A model generated the notes under the pieces. The model did not search any database. It was not told the origin of the DNA and saw only the letters and a program-made list of their open reading frames with translations. DNA of 11,678 bases from a virus, in IMG/VR virus record IMGVR_UViG_3300029258_002616. One strand, 5' to 3'. Shown piece by piece: positions 1-4,148 of this stretch (position 1 is the stretch's first letter; each line of letters starts with the position of its first letter). A program made the position numbers and the translations under genes.

Positions 1-2
1 GT

Positions 3-179
3 ACAAAAGAAAGAAAGGAAATACTAAAAGATTATTTTAGTGAATCGCCTTTATTTAAGACAACGGAAAAAGCTTTTGAATATGCAAAAGAAATAAATGA
101 AGAAATTTTAAAAGATGATTTTTGTCCTATAGTTGAATATGGTATTTGCTATTTAGGAGAATATGAATCTTTTGATTAG
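3..179 (+). CDS. 3' end (58 codons) of a CDS that starts upstream of the window
   Basis: Frame 3 is open from the first complete codon at the window edge to TAG at 177-179 (…YLGEYESFD*). No in-window start. The stop abuts the tRNA-Trp 5' end at 180. Confidence 0.45.
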   Translation, partial: TKERKEILKDYFSESPLFKTTEKAFEYAKEINEEILKDDFCPIVEYGICYLGEYESFD

Positions 180-251
180 AGGGGTGTGGTGTAATGGTTA
201 ACATCTTCGGCTCCAACCCGAAGGCTCAGGGTTCGAATCCTTGCATCCCTG
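180..251 (+). tRNA. tRNA-Trp (anticodon CCA)
   Basis: Hand-folded cloverleaf: acceptor aggggtg/catccct with one G-U. D-stem gtgt/acat, D-loop aatggtta. Anticodon stem ttcgg/ccgaa, loop cTCCAac (U33, A37, anticodon CCA). T-arm caggg-TTCGAAT-ccttg. Discriminator G. 72 nt. Confidence 0.85.
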
Positions 252-276
252 AATTAAAAAATAAAGGAGATAATAA

Positions 277-585
277 ATGAATCAACCAAAACCACAACAA
301 ATAAGTGGAAATATGTTATTAAGTTCTTTTATGAGCGGAGTAATTAACAATATGGTAATAATGTCGTTCATAAAAAGCTTTACAAAAGAAGAAGCTGAAA
401 AAGTTCTTGATGAACTTTATAATGCGCAACTAGAAGTTTTTAAGAACACATGGGAGCCAATGTTAGCACAGGATATTGGTGGTTTAATTGAATTAAAAAA
501 AGTTCTTAAAGAAGAATTTGACGGATTTAAAAAATCAATTTTAGAAAAGTATAAAAAAGATGGAGAGTTGGCAGAGTCTGGTTGA
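277..585 (+). CDS. hypothetical protein (102 aa)
   Basis: ATG preceded by AAAGGAG with about 9 nt spacing. Its last ~24 nt, including the TGA stop, lie inside the 5' acceptor and D region of tRNA-Ser(UGA). Confidence 0.6.
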   Translation: MNQPKPQQISGNMLLSSFMSGVINNMVIMSFIKSFTKEEAEKVLDELYNAQLEVFKNTWEPMLAQDIGGLIELKKVLKEEFDGFKKSILEKYKKDGELAESG

Positions 586-652
586 TTGCACTGCACTTGA
601 AATGCAGAGGGCTATGTGAATAGTCCCAGGGGTTCGAATCCTCTACTCTCCT
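562..652 (+). tRNA. tRNA-Ser (anticodon TGA), class II
   Basis: Acceptor ggagagt/actctcc, perfect 7 bp. D-stem gcag/ttgc with an 11-nt loop containing GG. Anticodon stem ctgca/tgcag, loop cTTGAaa (anticodon UGA). 20-nt variable arm with stem ggg-cta/tag-ccc. T-arm agggg-TTCGAAT-cctct. 91 nt. Confidence 0.8.
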
Positions 653-738
653 AATAAAAATACACGACGAAGGTCAAAAAATATAAAATATCTACTATTT
701 GTAAAACATGTTATAAAAGTAAGTATAGATAGATTTTA

Positions 739-813
739 GGCACCGTAGACCAATCAGGCAGAGTCAACGAGCTTAAACCTCGTTAAGTAGCGGTTCGATT
801 CCGCTCGGTGCTA
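739..813 (+). tRNA. tRNA with Leu anticodon TAA, atypical short variable loop
   Basis: Acceptor ggcaccg/cggtgct with one G-U. Positions 8-9 are TA. 3-bp D-stem gac/gtc with a 12-nt loop. Anticodon stem acgag/ctcgt, loop cTTAAac (U33, A37, anticodon UAA). Variable loop only 5 nt (taagt). T-arm agcgg-TTCGATT-ccgct. Discriminator A73. 75 nt. Confidence 0.65.
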
Positions 814-827
814 ATAAAATAAAAAAA

Positions 828-900
828 GGCGCGATGACCTAATTGGCAAAGGTACATGATTCAAACTTATGGTTTATCGGTTCAAATCCGATTCGCGCTA
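828..900 (+). tRNA. tRNA with Leu anticodon CAA, atypical short variable loop
   Basis: Acceptor ggcgcga/tcgcgct with G1-U72. D-stem acct/aggt, loop aattggcaa. Anticodon stem catga/ttatg with one G-U, loop tTCAAac (anticodon CAA). Variable loop 4 nt. T-arm atcgg-TTCAAAT-ccgat. Discriminator A73. 73 nt. Confidence 0.65.
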
Positions 901-922
901 ATTAAAACAAAGGAGATTTAAA

Positions 923-1279
923 GTGTTTACATTCTTAGTAATTTTAGGAATAATTAGTTTTTTAGTTATCGTTTTCACAGTACAATACTACGAACCTTGG
1001 ATTGATGGTGATGGACCTGTGTATGTGTTTTTAGTTTCATTAATCATACTAATTTTATCTATTGTTTCGGGAATCATAGGAACAAGAACAGTTAAAACAA
1101 AATATGAAAAGGCTAAAATTACTCAAATAATCGAACATAAAGATACATTAGTAATTTTGCTCGAAGATGGAAAAATACTTACTAAAAAAGAATTAAAATG
1201 GAGAGACAAAAATAGAATTTTTAAGAAAATAGAAATCGATAGATTTGGTGATGAAGACGAAGAATATGTGGTAAAATAA
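923..1279 (+). CDS. hypothetical membrane protein (118 aa, two predicted TM helices)
   Basis: GTG start 7 nt after AAGGAG. Two long hydrophobic segments near the N-terminus (FLVILGIISFLVIVF, VFLVSLIILILSIVSGIIG), then a charged C-terminal tail. Confidence 0.65.
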   Translation: MFTFLVILGIISFLVIVFTVQYYEPWIDGDGPVYVFLVSLIILILSIVSGIIGTRTVKTKYEKAKITQIIEHKDTLVILLEDGKILTKKELKWRDKNRIFKKIEIDRFGDEDEEYVVK

Positions 1280-1489
1280 ATGACATTACTAATTTTAATA
1301 GCAATAATTATAAGTCCATTAATTTTAGCATTAATTATCAAATGGTATTTAAACTATAGATGGATGAAGAGATACATAAATGATATTGGTTATCGTTATG
1401 CATTAGAAGCTCGTGAGAGAGCAGAAAGATTAAAGAACATGAATTTGCAAGCGATGTATCTTGATAAAAAAGAAGGAAGAATAAATTGA
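1280..1489 (+). CDS. hypothetical small membrane protein (69 aa)
   Basis: ATG directly follows the TAA of the previous gene (TAAATG). N-terminal hydrophobic helix LLILIAIIISPLILALII. Weak SD. Confidence 0.5.
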   Translation: MTLLILIAIIISPLILALIIKWYLNYRWMKRYINDIGYRYALEARERAERLKNMNLQAMYLDKKEGRIN

Positions 1490-1662
1490 GGTCCGATAAA
1501 ATACTAAAATGTCCTAAATGTAATTCCATTGAAATTTCATATATATTTGTTATGGAACGAAAATATGATAATACAAATTATTATTGCAGAAATTGTAAAT
1601 ATAAATTTTATATAGAATGGAAAGGTAATAATTATAACGCCCTTGTAGACGAATTGGCCTAG
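1486..1662 (+). CDS. small zinc-ribbon protein (58 aa; CPKC…CRNC)
   Basis: TTG start 7 nt after AGGAAG, overlapping the upstream TGA stop as TTGA. Translation MRSDKILKCPKCNSIE…YYCRNCKYKF has two CxxC pairs. TAG stop at 1660-1662 lies inside the D-loop of tRNA-Leu(UAG). Below the 60-aa cutoff of the supplied ORF track. Confidence 0.5.
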   Translation: MRSDKILKCPKCNSIEISYIFVMERKYDNTNYYCRNCKYKFYIEWKGNNYNALVDELA

Positions 1663-1717
1663 TCAACTGGCTTAGACCCAGTGCGTAAGCGTCCCGGTTC
1701 GAATCCGGGCGAGGGTA
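1639..1717 (+). tRNA. tRNA-Leu (anticodon TAG)
   Basis: Acceptor gcccttg/cgagggt with two G-U pairs. 3-bp D-stem gac/gtc with an 11-nt loop containing GG. Anticodon stem actgg/ccagt, loop cTTAGac (anticodon UAG). 10-nt variable region. T-arm cccgg-TTCGAAT-ccggg. Discriminator A73. 79 nt. Confidence 0.75.
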
Positions 1718-1789
1718 TTTAAAAAAAGTAAATGAAAAAATTGATTAACATGGAGGGTTTTGTATAGTAATACTTTAGGAGGTATTACT

Positions 1790-2014
1790 ATGCGTTTATT
1801 AAACAAACCAAACCGTATTCTTAAAGAAACTACAAATAATAGAGAATATAAAATAGCGAAAGCAAATTTGGAACTATATAATATATGTCCTATATGTCCA
1901 CCATATGGAGGGTGTAATTCACATAGGATTAAAATTAGAGATTATCGTTGTTGGAAACGATATAGAAAAACACAATATAAGCTGATGTCGCCTAACGGAA
2001 GGGCCTCGGAGTGA
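1790..2014 (+). CDS. small Cys-rich protein (74 aa; CPICPPYGGC motif)
   Basis: ATG at 1790 lies 7 nt after TAGGAGG, preferred over the ATG at 1760. The last 34 nt, including the TGA stop, are the 5' half of tRNA-Phe; the stop lies in the anticodon loop. Confidence 0.55.
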   Translation: MRLLNKPNRILKETTNNREYKIAKANLELYNICPICPPYGGCNSHRIKIRDYRCWKRYRKTQYKLMSPNGRASE

Positions 2015-2051
2015 AGATCCGATAGTGGTAGTTCGACTCTACTCGTCAGCA
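1981..2051 (+). tRNA. tRNA-Phe (anticodon GAA)
   Basis: Acceptor gctgatg/cgtcagc with one G-U. D-stem gcct/gggc, loop aacggaa. Anticodon stem tcgga/tccga, loop gTGAAga (anticodon GAA). T-arm ggtag-TTCGACT-ctact. Discriminator A73. 71 nt. Confidence 0.85.
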
Positions 2052-2061
2052 ATTAAAACTT

Positions 2062-2283
2062 ATGTATAAACAATGTAAATTAAGAAAAGGAAAAGCAACC
2101 ATAACTACTTGGGCACATGTAAATGTTGCAAAAAAAGGAAAACAAATTATGGTAAAAAGAGGTAATTTTTGGGAGTTTGATTGGATTATTGAAGAAGTTT
2201 ATCACGATATTGTAATAGATGAAGATAGGTTAGATGAATTAAAATCAGATCATAGAAATCAAAGAAAAGTAAGCGATGTTTAG
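2062..2283 (+). CDS. hypothetical protein (73 aa from ATG 2062, or 44 aa from ATG 2149)
   Basis: No SD upstream of 2062. An in-frame ATG at 2149 lies 8 nt after AAAGGAA, so the shorter product is equally or more likely. Confidence 0.5.
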   Translation: MYKQCKLRKGKATITTWAHVNVAKKGKQIMVKRGNFWEFDWIIEEVYHDIVIDEDRLDELKSDHRNQRKVSDV

Positions 2284-2291
2284 GAAAAGAA

Positions 2292-2744
2292 ATGGAAAAA
2301 CTAAAAGTTGTTAAAAAAATAAAATGGGATGAAGTAAAAAAGGCAATTCAAGAAAGCTCAAATGAAAGTTCTATCTATGTTGGTTGTGATAGTCAACACA
2401 GAAAAAAAAGTACACTTTTTGGACTAGTAGTTGTTATTCATATAGATAGTTCAAAGGGTGGAAGAGTATTTTATGAAATATCTAAGGCCAAAAGAATTAA
2501 GAGTCTTAGAGAGCGTCTTTTAAAAGAGGTTGAATTGGCTGTCACAGGAGCTCTCCAGATAGTGGAATCAGTTGGAAATAGACCTTTTGTTATTCACCTC
2601 GATATCAACCGGGATCCAGCGCATAAAAGTAGTGTGATTGTAAATGAAGCGATTGGATGGGTAACCGCGCAAAATCTGGAAGTTGCAGTAAAACCAGAGG
2701 CATGGGCAAGTGCACATGTGGCCGATCATATATGTAGGCTATAA
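2292..2744 (+). CDS. conserved protein with a putative RNase H-like fold (possibly DUF458/YkuK-like), 150 aa
   Basis: ATG 6 nt after AGGAAAAGA. Spaced acidic/His motifs (IYVGCDSQ, VVVIH, HLDINRD, SAHVADH) resemble an RNase H-like catalytic arrangement. Family assignment is from memory and weak. The 3' half is noticeably more GC-rich than its surroundings. Confidence 0.6.
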   Translation: MEKLKVVKKIKWDEVKKAIQESSNESSIYVGCDSQHRKKSTLFGLVVVIHIDSSKGGRVFYEISKAKRIKSLRERLLKEVELAVTGALQIVESVGNRPFVIHLDINRDPAHKSSVIVNEAIGWVTAQNLEVAVKPEAWASAHVADHICRL

Positions 2745-2814
2745 TTAATTATTAATTTCCTCTTAGGGACATCAAGTTATTTTATTCCAAAAATAAGGAA
2801 ATTGTCTAAAAAAA

Positions 2815-3024
2815 ATGAAAAAAAAAGTTAAAAAGCAAAAATTAGAAATTTCATTAGAAGAGTTAAGAAGCATCATAGGAGAGATCGAAAGACGTTTAGA
2901 TTGCGGATGGGATGATTGCTGGCCAACTTATGATGAAGAAAAAATTGAAATTACAATTTATGAGGATAAAGTAGACTTACGTATTCCATATGAAGGTACT
3001 TCTTTTCAAACTTTTAATAGGTGA
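2815..3024 (+). CDS. hypothetical small acidic protein (69 aa)
   Basis: ATG start. Lys-rich N-terminus and a DCGWDDCW motif. The TGA stop overlaps the SD/start region of the next gene. Confidence 0.5.
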   Translation: MKKKVKKQKLEISLEELRSIIGEIERRLDCGWDDCWPTYDEEKIEITIYEDKVDLRIPYEGTSFQTFNR

Positions 3025-3026
3025 AA

Positions 3027-3524
3027 ATGAAAAAAGAACTTGAAAAAAAATTAAGAACTAGATTTAAATTTTTTACAGTATCACCTGAAGTAGAAGATGG
3101 TTGGTTTGATTTATTATGGAACTTATGTTTTGAATTAGAATCGTGGTGTTTTGAAGGAGAGACAACTCAAGTTAAAGAGAAATTTGGTGGATTAAGATTT
3201 TATGTAACTTCTGCGGCCGATAGAGAGTATAGGATAATTCATGCGTATGAGGAGAAGTCATATACTATTTGTGAATTTTGTGGCGGAAAAGGAAAGCCAA
3301 GAGAAAAATTAGCATGGAGATTAACCTTATGTTTTAAATGTTATATCATAAAAAGAATTAAAATATTTTTTGACTTTATTACTTTTTCAGCATGGAGAGC
3401 AAAAAGAAGAATAAATCGTTTTATTAAAAGATATAAAATAAATAAAGAAATAAAGAAAGCAGAAAAATTAGGTGCTTATGACGCAGTCGAACATCAGACA
3501 AGCGAAAATAATTTTATGCCGTAG
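3027..3524 (+). CDS. hypothetical protein with C-terminal CxxC…CxxC zinc-ribbon motif (165 aa)
   Basis: ATG 3027 lies 4 nt after AGGTG; the ORF track's GTG 3021 is the alternative start. CEFCGGKG…CFKC motif. The TAG stop at 3522-3524 lies in the acceptor stem of the following tRNA-like element. Confidence 0.6.
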   Translation: MKKELEKKLRTRFKFFTVSPEVEDGWFDLLWNLCFELESWCFEGETTQVKEKFGGLRFYVTSAADREYRIIHAYEEKSYTICEFCGGKGKPREKLAWRLTLCFKCYIIKRIKIFFDFITFSAWRAKRRINRFIKRYKINKEIKKAEKLGAYDAVEHQTSENNFMP

Positions 3525-3595
3525 TATCCACGCCCGCTACGAACGGGTAGTAAGGTAATTGGACGAAAATGCGGGTTCAAATCCTGCCTACGGCG
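3518..3595 (+). tRNA. aberrant tRNA-like element with an Arg(ACG) anticodon arm and no canonical D-arm
   Basis: Perfect acceptor gccgtag/ctacggc plus discriminator G. Canonical T-arm gcggg-TTCAAAT-cctgc. Well-formed anticodon arm gcccg-cTACGaa-cgggt (U33, A37, anticodon ACG). But only 7 nt (tatccac) separate the acceptor from the anticodon stem, and 22 nt (agtaaggtaattggacgaaaat) separate the anticodon arm from the T-arm. Confidence 0.35.
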
Positions 3596-3616
3596 AATCA
3601 ATAAAGGAACAAAAAT

Positions 3617-3838
3617 ATGTGCAATTCAGACAGAAATTGTGAAAAGTGTAGAAATGGATATTATGTAGAATCAATAAAATTTCCTGATGAATTAATTGAA
3701 ATTTTAGGGGAATGGTATGAAAAATATAGGAATCAAGCAATTTTGAGAAGACTTAGACTCATCGTAGCTCAATCGGAAGACCGCGCGATTACGAACCGTG
3801 ATGTTGAGAGTTCAAATCCTTCCGATGGGAATGGATAG
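3617..3838 (+). CDS. hypothetical protein (73 aa) whose 3' third is co-linear with a tRNA-like sequence
   Basis: ATG 7 nt after AAAGGAAC. CEKC motif. The reading frame runs through the entire Arg-like tRNA at 3758-3830. The TAG stop lies in the acceptor stem of tRNA-Ser(GCU). Confidence 0.45.
   Translation: MCNSDRNCEKCRNGYYVESIKFPDELIEILGEWYEKYRNQAILRRLRLIVAQSEDRAITNRDVESSNPSDGNG
3758..3830 (+). tRNA. tRNA-Arg(ACG)-like, possibly degenerate
   Basis: The 73-nt canonical layout works: acceptor ctcatcg/cgatggg with one G-U, TA at positions 8-9, D-loop aatcggaa, anticodon loop tTACGaa (anticodon ACG), T-loop TTCAAAT, discriminator A. But there is one mismatch in each of the D-stem (C·C), anticodon stem (A·C at 31-39) and T-stem (A·C). 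Confidence 0.4.
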
Positions 3839-3916
3839 TTGCTCGAGTGGAAAGAGACCAGTCTGCTACACTGAGGTCGGGTATAGCCCGCATAGGTTCA
3901 AATCCTATACTGTCCG
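3833..3916 (+). tRNA. tRNA-Ser (anticodon GCT), class II
   Basis: Acceptor ggatagt/actgtcc with one U-G. 3-bp D-stem ctc/gag. Anticodon stem cagt/actg, loop cTGCTac (anticodon GCU). Variable arm stem cggg/cccg. T-arm atagg-TTCAAAT-cctat. Discriminator G73, as expected for Ser. 84 nt. Confidence 0.8.
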
Positions 3917-3934
3917 AATAGGAGAAGAAGAAAA

Positions 3935-4057
3935 ATGAAAATAATTGATCTAAAAAAATATAAAAAGAAAGAATCAAAAAAAAGAAAGGAAAAAAGAGAA
4001 GAGATAATAAAAAAAATTATAAAATTGTCAGATCATCTATATCCGAATAAAATCTAG
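3935..4057 (+). CDS. small Lys-rich hypothetical peptide (40 aa)
   Basis: ATG 8 nt after TAGGAGAAG. Translation MKIIDLKKYKKKESKKRKEKREEIIKKIIKLSDHLYPNKI. The TAG stop forms part of the tctagaca -35 element of the downstream promoter. Low complexity, so this could be spurious. Confidence 0.3.
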   Translation: MKIIDLKKYKKKESKKRKEKREEIIKKIIKLSDHLYPNKI

Positions 4058-4084
4058 ACAATATCATTAATAATAGAATATAAT
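4055..4084 (+). promoter_or_regulatory. sigma70-like promoter upstream of the MVP-like gene (TAGACA-N18-TATAAT)
   Basis: -35 tagaca 4055-4060 and -10 tataat 4079-4084. It sits within a 16-mer, aatagaatataattaa, that recurs identically at 9231-9246 in front of the carbamoyltransferase gene. Confidence 0.45.
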
Positions 4085-4148
4085 TAACTATAGAGATTTT
4101 TTACAAAAGATCCTATAAATTTATTATAAAAATACAAAGGAGGTTTTA

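Noticed and set aside
1123-1529. Minus-strand ORFs 1123-1341 and 1338-1529
   Set aside because: They are antisense to SD-led plus-strand genes in a region where all credible genes and tRNAs are on the plus strand. Their translations are low-complexity Ile/Leu/Ser-rich.
1760-1789. Upstream ATG at 1760 for the 1790-2014 gene
   Set aside because: TAGGAGG is positioned for ATG 1790. ATG 1760 has no SD and would place the SD inside the coding sequence.
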